A model generated the notes under the pieces. That model had not been told where the DNA came from, searched no databases, and saw only the letters and a list, made by a program, of their open reading frames with translations. The position numbers were made by a program, and so were the translations under genes. DNA of 34,588 nucleotides from a virus (lineage: Duplodnaviria > Caudoviricetes): positions 1 through 34,588 of the IMG/VR virus record IMGVR_UViG_3300006735_000100; one strand, 5' to 3'. Positions 8,801 through 16,900 of this stretch are shown here, in pieces (the first letter of the stretch is position 1; each line of letters starts with the position of its first letter).

Positions 8801-10656
8801 TTTTTCCTATATGTAGAGTAAGAATCATAATCAGCAAACTTACTAGCTGCTGCTGCTCCAAGTACAGGTGCTGCAGACATACTAAACCCAAATAAGCCTC
8901 CAGAGAAAACTGCATGATCTACATTTTCTAATACTGGTCTACCAGTTATTAAGTTTTGGGCTATTGAAGTTAAACCTTCTGTTGAAGACTCCATAAAAGT
9001 AGGTACTACAACTCCGTTCCATGAATTTTCTTTTATGTATTTTCTAAATCCAACTTTAGCTACCTCTCTTTTTCCAGCTTTACTAAATAATGTAGCTCCT
9101 TGTTTTAATATTTTAGCTGTTGGTAAACTACCTAATACACCTTCAGCTAATCCAAAACCAGTTCCAATTAAAAACTTTTCAGTATTACTATATTCAATAT
9201 CATTAAACTTATATTTATCTTTTTTGGACATCATCTCCTCGTATTCCATGTCTGATATTTGATTACCAGCAGAAGACACACCAATAATACCTACACCAAT
9301 ACTACCCGTAGCCATCATAGTAGCTATTATAGGTGCCTGTGTACTTATTTCTTGCATTAGAAACTCACCAAAGTTACCATCTTTAAAAGCATCTTTAAAC
9401 TGAACATCAGGAGCGTAGTTAAATCTTTCTTTCTCCATATCAATTCTATGCTGTAGTTGTGCGTATTTAGCTGCAACACCTTGTATTGATGAAAACCCTA
9501 CAACTGCATCTTGAATTCCATATATATAAGAAGCTCCTCCTAATATTATTCCCTTAGTAACATTATAAGCTGAGTTTGCATTTTTACCTAAAGAATCATA
9601 GTCTCTTCTAAGTAAATCAAACTCTAATTCTAAATCAAATTTATCCTCTAAATTATTATTGTAGTTTTCTTTATTTTCTTCGTAAGCATTATACATACCA
9701 GAGATTACATTAGATTCTTTTTTTACAAAATCAAATGCCATAGTATACTTATCAACTACTGATTTAGGTATTTTTTTACCATTAAAAATAAATTGTTCTT
9801 CACCTTCTTCTCCAGAGCCAAATATAAAATTAGGATCATTTAAGTCTTTTTCAATTTTTTCTTTATACTTAAATTGCTCAGACTCTTCAAGTAACGTTTT
9901 TCTAGCTATAAAAGCATTATAATCATTATTTATTTTTACTTGATTTTCATTAAAGTTATAGTTATCATTTAAAGTTTTATAATCTAACCTATTCTTACTT
10001 AAAAATTCTTTTTGTTTTTTTGGTGTTAATGATTTTATGAATTGATCTGTTTCATAATTTTTTAGTTCTATTATTTCTTTATCAGCAAGTCTTCTTCTTA
10101 ATGTAGCTTCAAGCACTTCATTAGATGGTACTTCATTATTTACTTCAGATAATTCTATTTTAAGATTTTTAAGTTCCTCTTTGTATGGAGTTTCTACTAT
10201 TTCTTCATCTGGAAGATAAACACCCATGCCTAAATATTGCCCAGTTTTATAAGTTTTTACTTCATCAAAAAGAGATTGATCACTGTATTTGTCTTCTATT
10301 TCTTGTATACTTTTTTTTATTTCTGAATTTTCATTAGCCTTATCTAATTGTTGATATGTAAATTCTTGATCAACAAAATCTTTTTTAGGTACATAGACAC
10401 CCATACCAGCATAACTAGGTAAAGAACTTTCTTGTTTTTTTGTTTTTAACTTTTTTACTTCAGGTTTTTTTTCTTTTATATTACTTATTGCCGAGTCAAA
10501 ATTAGTATCAAACTCTTGATTATCATTTGGTTTTAAAGCTTCTGAGGTTATATTATTTGATTTAATATAATCTTCAACACTCAACCCTTCGGATTCAGCA
10601 TTAGTTTTTATTTGCTCAAAAGAAATTTCAGAACCGTTTAAATAAAATTTATTCAT
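2899..10656 (-). CDS. Giant internal virion / ejection (cargo) protein, 2585 aa, multidomain with zincin HExxH
   Basis: Last and largest of three post-tail genes. Gly/Ala-rich hydrophobic segments in the N-terminal quarter, GVHEIGH motif, EHxxP motif and helical C-terminal region. Confidence 0.75.
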   Translation of the reverse strand: MNKFYLNGSEISFEQIKTNAESEGLSVEDYIKSNNITSEALKPNDNQEFDTNFDSAISNIKEKKPEVKKLKTKKQESSLPSYAGMGVYVPKKDFVDQEFTYQQLDKANENSEIKKSIQEIEDKYSDQSLFDEVKTYKTGQYLGMGVYLPDEEIVETPYKEELKNLKIELSEVNNEVPSNEVLEATLRRRLADKEIIELKNYETDQFIKSLTPKKQKEFLSKNRLDYKTLNDNYNFNENQVKINNDYNAFIARKTLLEESEQFKYKEKIEKDLNDPNFIFGSGEEGEEQFIFNGKKIPKSVVDKYTMAFDFVKKESNVISGMYNAYEENKENYNNNLEDKFDLELEFDLLRRDYDSLGKNANSAYNVTKGIILGGASYIYGIQDAVVGFSSIQGVAAKYAQLQHRIDMEKERFNYAPDVQFKDAFKDGNFGEFLMQEISTQAPIIATMMATGSIGVGIIGVSSAGNQISDMEYEEMMSKKDKYKFNDIEYSNTEKFLIGTGFGLAEGVLGSLPTAKILKQGATLFSKAGKREVAKVGFRKYIKENSWNGVVVPTFMESSTEGLTSIAQNLITGRPVLENVDHAVFSGGLFGFSMSAAPVLGAAAASKFADYDSYSTYRKNILEMGKLNAEFKSKHPEVPFFEKVSALKGEKVKERTDFKEDKKVLDLKIKELKEQNDDILYELDGNMRDKLSEESYKLHVNAIDTQEKLRIEAEKIINSDESQKSKNEKLKPLKERFDRYQQAVDLFKNPKDFGNKYHYLQQSDPKQYDEIRKEAEILIREEKGLSPEDQVSDKDLKKKSFDVYIERQVTADIANTKALIIETGLGSVDYLNAKVIEFQTAEEAQAYEDKRRDESQEAENKKAEKEKRQPLKIKLNVIKNSNGYNLQTADPNQKNEVVLIRDQMVNNRRTRTGVHEIGHGIFTELLKIDNNSEQMKELADVIIRWTGETNRAAYDKMFSGLFGNQTADKKSSEIVANFIERVADGTIDLKSKKSRGFTGLFSSLVNKMMIGKRGNKAKIDFQGETDVIQFIGGIAKKLGDGSLSKEDLDAIRGNKEIFTKSKGKVKEGVSESKVTPEMIKRSNDIQDIYDQEGVDGVWTAIDKGLFDGIINKTVNLYYKNRFKQEIVPADKREEMISQLKFSEGGLFDLFRTYNGKSPMAAYVETLLPRRSFDLFKPLFKDKFEPSYSDIDSQFLVESNIDFQTTQEETTKTKEDAEAEAQRIGSLIDPRTLMDDDLSSKATETISNNMPDFGSEKTSFKSLPDLSPETTAERFQIPAKKLIPKNNFTQGELKNTMRNLDEMFDDFVKIFPKGAVVDKAVTQKLYGTSTGLPTNVLTAFYKKGDRIDTASGLPIYDLAPVTKEQFRQELGILPDGTIPDKVFVQSPQAQTAKGLAIMFGKLVTNTTVREQLKPDEGSSQQIADIGAGKSELMLSQAIADQMYGKKYDGFKEGSDSFITLNNPKDIKKAYKEAFATYNFEYEDLILEQMEKSAKAWEKSNSKLTLGKYIYEETLGRTFKRTFQGILGLEKRSLDFRNEKQIKSAREGFQLLINEIGLDSALKYVGPTVKGAYGLRSGGFKLNLETGGFDIAKGSLRYFLIGGRLDFFKNFIPDASYESGSQSATINRVEITLPTVFRQRYEVEFGEQQQDRIRQAEDQREGFRKIVDTLKDLYEKNKISKNDLGMILMTFNSNVDALVRTAAIPNLQIENLNSNNPKDYVYEHVKPARQVIQEILGLYILNKDGNNTTFDQIMEDFRVAIIPKTYDKIISKYFKSHLPKDANNKAIKAKMVDGEYLAARYNDKRVVEEIEKAGLPPLKIVEVKKQETKQDELSKSDADLSGRFNSIIEETKGGKTALAAADKVIPEVIARQQGASIGKYKFFVPPSAEDFMGLMYSFMGKGTQGDLHKQFFEETLNKPYKKGIAQLESAKQKIETDYRELRKKYPKVYKKLSKKIPGTDFTYDQAIRIFLWKSGGFDMTETGLEPETAEGRKLINDAFFAVAKDRDLQQFARGVGLISGQEKGWIDPSRDWIIDNIASDLNNISDKISRKEFLQEFTDNYKEIFNKQNLNKIEAIYGSRFRHSLEDILFRMEKGTNRNFGSEDARANAFADFLNGSVGSIMFFNMRSAALQTLSAANYVNWSDNNIYAAGKAFANIPQYYADVVTLFNSDKLKQRRKGFKMDVNQAELVKSIEGQKNKFKAALRYLLKLGFTPTQAVDSLAIATGGASFYRNRTKTYQEQGLSLKEAEAKAFEDFSEITDQSQQSSDPAMVSEQQANKFSRWVLSFQNTSMQYNRLIKKAALDISNNRGNTKENVSKILYYSFVQNFTFNALSSALFAVALGSSDDDEKDQQKILRTANGMADTILKGAGYHGAIVAMLKNTAFEIHKQESKSWGKDYVYVLLSMLNVAPAVGSKFSKGYKIQKTYEFQKDLIKERGFYPGTLNPKSFGKKQSFGFKGTKNIIDNPAYMMAGYGLSVVNIPLDRVIKKVSNASYALDNTTKGWQKTALMFGFSTWDLDLKNADGLIIKERAQDQRRKEGYKKAAETRKKNSKTKKRSAIEEIEYKNSAEYIEKKREAYRKKILKANN

Positions 10657-10668
10657 ATGTTGTTTTGA

Positions 10669-12189
10669 TTATTCTTTTCCTAAAACTTGACTAAGTGTAG
10701 CATATTTGTAAGCTAATCCATTTGGATCTGTTACTGGAGCAAACAATTCTTCTATTGTATAGTCACCACTTGATCTACCATCAGTACCTGATAACATAAA
10801 TTTTGTTACACCATTATCATCAATTTTTGTATTTACCGTGAGTTTATTATCTCCTAAGTGTTTTCTTAAGTCATTGGTTAAATTATTTTTTGATATTTCT
10901 AACATTTTATCTGCTTTTGATTTGTCAAGCATTTCACCATTAAAATCAATAGGATACTTGTTAGGTTTAGCAAGTGTTCTTAATACATTTAGGTTGCTTG
11001 CAGGTTGTTGAGATTTTTTAAATAATACATCCAAAGCATTTATAACTTTCTGATCTTTTTCTTGTGCACCACTAAAACTGCTTTTACCTGCTTTAGCTTT
11101 TTCAATTTCTAATTTTAAGTTGTGTTCATTTTCTTTTTTCTTATTATATATGTCAAGTTTACCTTTGTGTAATTGTTCAGCTACTTGATATAATCTACCA
11201 TTACCTTTGTCTGTTTCTCCAAAAAGATAATCAACAGCTTGTTTTTTAGCTTTTGTTCTTACTTCAATATCTTTACTTTGAAGATTTCTTATCAATTCTT
11301 CATTACCTTCTTTTAATGAAACACCTGGTATTGGATTATCTGTAAAAAAAGTTAACAATTGATCTGTTTTATCTTGTCCTGGTTTAACCAACCGTTCTCT
11401 TTGAATATTAAAATTATGCTCAAGATCTACCTTATCCATTGGATCACCCTTAGCGCCTTGTTTTTGTAAATCATCAGTTATAGCTGTGAAAGCAGTTGCA
11501 ACACTAGCGTCAGCAACTCTTGCTAATGTAGAATCATAATCACTAATACTAACATAATTAGCAGTACCATCTTCATTTTGTCCGTCTGATATTCTTAAAA
11601 AGCCATTGTCATCAAATGCGTAGTCAACATCTTCACGTACAAAAGCTTCAGTTTTACCTAATATAGTATTGTCATCTACTCCGTCAACACCTTCAACTGT
11701 ATTAAAATCTGCATAACCATTATTTTTTGCTATATCAGATCTAGTAAGTCTTATAGCATTTAGTTCATCAAAACTATCTACTGTGTTTTGCATGCCAGTT
11801 CTTATTTTCAATAAACCTTCTTGGGCTTCAGCATACTCAGGTGAATCAACTGATGACTCTTCCATTATTTTAAAATATTCATTAGATTGTGATCTCCATT
11901 CTTTAGCTTGATTAAGAACTAATGATGTTTGTTTATCTGTTTTAGCATGACCAGATACTTCTACTATGCTATTTTGAAAAACATCAGCTGATCTCTTTAA
12001 AGAAGCAGCTTGTTTTTCTTTACGAAGGTTTTCTTTTTCTTCTTGAGCTCTTTTTATTTCTTGACCCTTAGTTATACCTTGCGATATCTTATCAAAGCCA
12101 TACCTTAAGCTTTCACCAAGTTTAAAATTTGGATCTTGACTTCTATATGCTTGACTTGCACTTTTTATTAATCCTGCGTCTGCTGCCAT
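10669..12189 (-). CDS. Putative internal virion / ejection protein, 506 aa
   Basis: Middle gene of the post-tail trio; N-terminal coiled coil, charged and helical; no catalytic motif recognised. Confidence 0.6.
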   Translation of the reverse strand: MAADAGLIKSASQAYRSQDPNFKLGESLRYGFDKISQGITKGQEIKRAQEEKENLRKEKQAASLKRSADVFQNSIVEVSGHAKTDKQTSLVLNQAKEWRSQSNEYFKIMEESSVDSPEYAEAQEGLLKIRTGMQNTVDSFDELNAIRLTRSDIAKNNGYADFNTVEGVDGVDDNTILGKTEAFVREDVDYAFDDNGFLRISDGQNEDGTANYVSISDYDSTLARVADASVATAFTAITDDLQKQGAKGDPMDKVDLEHNFNIQRERLVKPGQDKTDQLLTFFTDNPIPGVSLKEGNEELIRNLQSKDIEVRTKAKKQAVDYLFGETDKGNGRLYQVAEQLHKGKLDIYNKKKENEHNLKLEIEKAKAGKSSFSGAQEKDQKVINALDVLFKKSQQPASNLNVLRTLAKPNKYPIDFNGEMLDKSKADKMLEISKNNLTNDLRKHLGDNKLTVNTKIDDNGVTKFMLSGTDGRSSGDYTIEELFAPVTDPNGLAYKYATLSQVLGKE

Positions 12190-12200
12190 AATTTTATTAT

Positions 12201-13094
12201 TTAATCCATTTTTTCTTGAATACCAGGTATTGCTGATCCTACCATACCCATACCACCACTTACTAATCCTGAAAATGCATCAGCTTGCATCTGACGCGCT
12301 GCTTGCATTTGTGCATTAGCTGCTCCTTGTTGTTCTCCAGCAAGCCCAAACATTGTTGCTCTTCTATCAAATTCCATACCTTGAACAGCCATAGCCCCTT
12401 GTCTTTGTTGCATTTGATTTTGAGCTGCTTGACTAATAAACATTTCTTGATTTCTAGTTTGTGCATCAACTGATGCCATTTGGTTAGCTTGAGCCATTTG
12501 TGCTTGAAACTGAGAAGCTTGTAAACCAGCTGCTTGATTAGCACTTGATTCTTGAGCAATAGCTTGTTGTATTTGTGATGCTTGTGCTGCAGCCGCTTGA
12601 GCGTTCTGTGCTTCTTGCATACCTATAGATGCTGATGCTTGTTGTAAATTTTGAGTTTGTTGATTTGATAAAGCTTGTGCTAAAGCAGCTACTCCACTGC
12701 CACCCGCAGCACCTCTCATACTTCCAAGAGTGTTTGCTAATCCTTGTTGCTGTTGTTGAGCTAAAAATTCTGCTTGTTGAGTATTGACTGTTAAGTCTTC
12801 AGCAGTATTTTCCATTCTAGAAGCAAAGTTTTGCATGTTGTCAGCTCTTTGCTGAACACCAACACCAAAATTTTCTAAATTAGCTGCAAAGTTTTGAGCA
12901 TCAGCGGCAGTGTTTCTTAAATTATCAAATTTATTTTCAAATGTAAAGCTTTCATAAGCCCTTTGTTGCCTTCTAAAGTTAGCATCAGCTTTTCTTTGAG
13001 CATCTGTTGCTCTTTTTTTAGCTTTAGAACTTCCAATTAAACCCGCTGTTGTACCTATAACAGCTAAGGATCCTCCTATTATTGCAAACGCCAT
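12201..13094 (-). CDS. Putative ejection (pilot-type) protein, Gln/Ala-rich, 297 aa
   Basis: Hydrophobic Gly-rich N-terminus (MAFAIIGGSLAVIGTTAGLIG), long Q/A coiled coil, EDLTVNTQQA and GAAGGSGVAALAQAL segments, Gly-rich C-terminus. Confidence 0.7.
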   Translation of the reverse strand: MAFAIIGGSLAVIGTTAGLIGSSKAKKRATDAQRKADANFRRQQRAYESFTFENKFDNLRNTAADAQNFAANLENFGVGVQQRADNMQNFASRMENTAEDLTVNTQQAEFLAQQQQQGLANTLGSMRGAAGGSGVAALAQALSNQQTQNLQQASASIGMQEAQNAQAAAAQASQIQQAIAQESSANQAAGLQASQFQAQMAQANQMASVDAQTRNQEMFISQAAQNQMQQRQGAMAVQGMEFDRRATMFGLAGEQQGAANAQMQAARQMQADAFSGLVSGGMGMVGSAIPGIQEKMD

Positions 13095-13100
13095 ATTTTT

Positions 13101-13583
13101 TTATTTTTCATTTTTTAATAACTCTAAATCAGCTTTAGTTATTAGTGGATCTTGAAAATCCTTTGCTATAACCTCATCTTCAATTTCTTTTAAATCTGTT
13201 TTATCTGTTACTGATACAGTTATAAAAACAGTATCTTCATGCATATATAAAACTCTTTTAGTGCCAGGTTTAGTAATACCGCTGTAAGGAGCTTGAATAT
13301 GTTGAACTCCTTCATCCGTTAATATAGAAACCTTACCTCTCATTATAAAATATGGATGTAATTTTTTGTGTATTTTACTTATTATAACTTGACCAGCCGG
13401 CATAAATATTTCTCTAATATAACACCCATCACCAAAGCTGTGCTTTAGTGGATTTATTTTATCTAGTTCATCACCAGTATAACAAACGCCAGAATCAAGT
13501 AATTCTTGTTCAAGATCTAATACTTTATTTCTATATTCATTTATTTGTTTTAGTGAATTTTCTTTTTGTTTTTCTAATTCCAT
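13101..13583 (-). CDS. Phage cupin-fold protein, 160 aa
   Basis: HSFGDGCYIREIFMPAG...KIHKKLHPYFIMRGKV...APY...TKPGTKRVLYMHEDT, typical of cupin genes between tail and ejection genes of podoviruses. Confidence 0.8.
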   Translation of the reverse strand: MELEKQKENSLKQINEYRNKVLDLEQELLDSGVCYTGDELDKINPLKHSFGDGCYIREIFMPAGQVIISKIHKKLHPYFIMRGKVSILTDEGVQHIQAPYSGITKPGTKRVLYMHEDTVFITVSVTDKTDLKEIEDEVIAKDFQDPLITKADLELLKNEK

Positions 13584-13616
13584 TAAATTTAATATTATAG
13601 TTACACTATTGTATTA

Positions 13617-13952
13617 TTATTTACTACTTTCTGAAACATCTGATCCAACTTGATATAATTCTATTTTATCTGTAGAATCATTTTTCATTTCAACTTCAGC
13701 AAAATAACCATTTAATGATGATAAATTTGCTTTATTATTTTTGCTAAACAATATGAAATCTGTTCCGCCAGGTCTTGCTAAGGTAGTAGGTATCTCACAA
13801 GTTATCACGGTAGAAGTTAATGCTGTGCATTTTCCTAACTCTACAGGTGCAGCACCTACTCCAGATGTTACTGCACTTTTATAAATAGTATCACCAATTT
13901 GTAGTGACGTATTTATAGGATTGCTAAATGTCATTTGTATTGAATCTGGCAT
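13617..13952 (-). CDS. Small tail-associated protein resembling the C-terminal end of muzzle/stabilization proteins, 111 aa
   Basis: INTSLQIGD...FILFSKNNKANLSSLNGYFAEV.MKNDS...ELYQVGS...SSK; lies directly downstream of the muzzle gene. Confidence 0.65.
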   Translation of the reverse strand: MPDSIQMTFSNPINTSLQIGDTIYKSAVTSGVGAAPVELGKCTALTSTVITCEIPTTLARPGGTDFILFSKNNKANLSSLNGYFAEVEMKNDSTDKIELYQVGSDVSESSK

Positions 13953-13963
13953 ATTTTATTTAT

Positions 13964-16900
13964 TTAAGCTATTGAACCGCTTTTTGTTACTGTAAATGTA
14001 ATATCTAAATCGTCTGTTGTATCAATACCTGCTTTTAGAGTTGCTGCCCATGAAAAACCTAATTTAGAAGCGGATGTTCCTTGATACTTACCATTAGATA
14101 AAGATGTCCAAGTATCGGTGTAATCAGGACTAGTAACTTTTAAAGAAGATATTTGTAATGCAGTAATATTACTAGTATCATCAGCAACAGCATTTATAAC
14201 TATTTGATTTTCACCACCTTGAGTTGTGTTAGCACCTTCTTTCAAATTATTACCTATTAATTCAGCTATTATATAACCAGTACCGTTATATGTTGCAGCA
14301 CTTCCACTATTTACAGCAACTCTATTATGACCACTAATTAGTACGGCTTCTGAAACATCACCACTTATTTTAGTTTTAATTGCTTTTTTAGTTGTTACTG
14401 TGGGTGGTGTATAAACCGTAGCTGAACCTTCTATTGTATGGGATAATAATTTATCTAAATCTAACTCTAAAGTAACATCTGCTAATCCATACTTAGATAT
14501 TTCAATATCACCAGTTACTGTATACTTATTACCTGCGTTAGTATTATTAATTGTACCATTAATATTTTTAAGATCAAAATCCCAGTTTTCTGGTGTTGTT
14601 TTATTAAATAAGAAAACTGTACCAGTTGTTATTATACTAGAACCTGTAGCAGCTGTACCAAGCGTTATTACAGTTCTATCTGTATTTATAGCAGATACTG
14701 TATTTGTATGAGAACTTGCAACAGTACCATCTGAATTATATATGTTATAATCAATACTACTACCAACATAAACTGCATCAGGTATTGTAGTGGTTGGAGT
14801 ACGTGTAAATGTTAAAGCAACATTATCACTTAATGATTCACTTTCTGATAAAGTTAGTGTTGTATGATCTGAAGGAGTGTCTAGAGCAACCGCTGTAACT
14901 GTAGGAGTACCAGATATACCACTTCCTGAAACAACATCACCTATCAATATATCACCAACTTCATTATCAACTACTAAAGTATCACTATTAATTGCACCAT
15001 CCACATTAGCCGTAGAAGTTACTGCAGCAGCAAAACTTAAAGTAGTACCACTGTTTATGCTAGCAGTACCAGTGTATGTTAAAGTTGCTTTTTCATACTT
15101 AAAATCATCAGCACTTATTTCTTTAATTTCACTTAATATGAAGCTTTCATCATTAGCAGATGCATCAACAGCTTGCATTATACTACTTATATTAGCTATA
15201 TATTTACTTGATCCACTAACAGGCTCATGTTCTGCATAAGAACTAATTATATCATAAGTAGCAGAAGTAGTTACAGCTGAAAAAGTTAAATCAACATTGT
15301 CCGATATACTTTGTGCAGAAGATAAAACCAAAGTATTTTGATCAGTAACTGTTTTAATGGTAACATTGTTATCAACACCACTACCAGTAACCCTATCTCC
15401 AACAGCAATTGTTCCAGAATTGTTATCTACTACTAAAGCTGTAGTGCTACTTATTGTACCATTAACCTTAGCTGTAGCAGTTCCTGTTCTTGAACTTGTA
15501 GTTGCTACACTACTACCTGGAAAAGCATATACTTGATCAGGTATAGATTTTTTTAATTTTAATTTAATTTTAGCATCTGGTAATTGCTTTAAAATAATAT
15601 CTCCATACGTATTAGCATTAACCTTAGAAAAAGTTATTACTGTACCTGATGCCAATTGACTTATTGAAGATGGTTGTATTCTAGGAGCTGAAATAGATGT
15701 ACCTAAAGTATCAGAAGTTTGACCTGGTACAACAAATCTATATGTATTAAATCCAGCTGAAGAACCTGTGTTAACATTAAAAATTTGTTCTTTTAGATTT
15801 ATCTCTGTTCCACTGTTAGCTGTTGATGAAACTATAAATCTTCTACCTCCAGGCATTCCATTCCAAGTAACATCTGTACTCCAATCACCATCACTTAATA
15901 CTGGAGGAGCGCTAGCAAATGTCAATTTAAATCCACTAGCCCAAGTTGCTGATTGAGTGGATAATGGTAAAAAATTAGCTTTAGTGGATGTGTGATCAGC
16001 AATATTTGCGCCTGGAAACTCATCACCAGCAATAGTGCCGTCGGCATTAAACTTTGTTCTTTTTATTATAGTAAGTGGTTGGTTACTAAGGACTTGACCT
16101 CCATTACCTGAATCATCATATTGATTTATACCTGGATCTATTCTATAATAAATATATTTCTCATTAGAGTTTGTTAATGCTGGAATTACCTCATCAAACT
16201 CATATACACCACTTGCTGGAATAGCATGATGGCCAATGTATGGATAGTCTTGCCAAGCATAATCTGCAGCCTTACCTGTCGCTATTGTACCATGCCACCA
16301 CGATATATTATTACCTACGCTATTAGATGATGTACCATAATCTGTTACAACAGTATAGCTTGCAGCATCCACTGTTTTTGTTTGTTCTAATTCTCTTCTT
16401 GTTATATTAAACTTAGCACCAGGTGTTCCAAATATTTTAAAACTTCTAGTTTCTCCAGTTGCTAGCACAGTTCTTTTTGATACCTCTGCACCAGTTATAG
16501 ACGTTGGTACTGCCGTTACTTCTTTAATTGCTTTAGCAACAAATGTTATTTTATCACCAGTAGGATTTTTAGATCCAAAAGTATATCTAACAGTAAAAGT
16601 AACCTTAGCATCTTTATCTGATGAACTCCAATTGTTAGTTATCCTGTACATGTTTTTACCACCACCACCGTTGCTATACACAACCGTAGCCACAGGAGCT
16701 TCATCAAATTCAAAACCTGAGTCTGGAGTAAATGCTATAGTAAATACTGTAGATTCAACGTCAACAACACCTCCCGTATAAGTATTTGTACCAATTATGT
16801 TTGAACCAGTAACAATACTACCCTCTGTTGTTGCAAGTGTATTTTCTTCAAAAGTTTCATGAGTTATACCTACACTATACGTAGTAGTTGTTAATGCTCC

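Noticed and set aside
2899-12189. Virion RNA polymerase as in crAss-like phages
   Set aside because: No DxDxD/DFDGD catalytic motif found by eye in the 2585-, 506- or 297-aa proteins.
12263-12559. 98-aa +1-frame ORF within the Q/A-rich ejection gene
   Set aside because: The host frame has almost no L/I/V codons there, so the lack of stops is expected; the K/L composition simply mirrors caa/gct codons and there is no GC3 anomaly.
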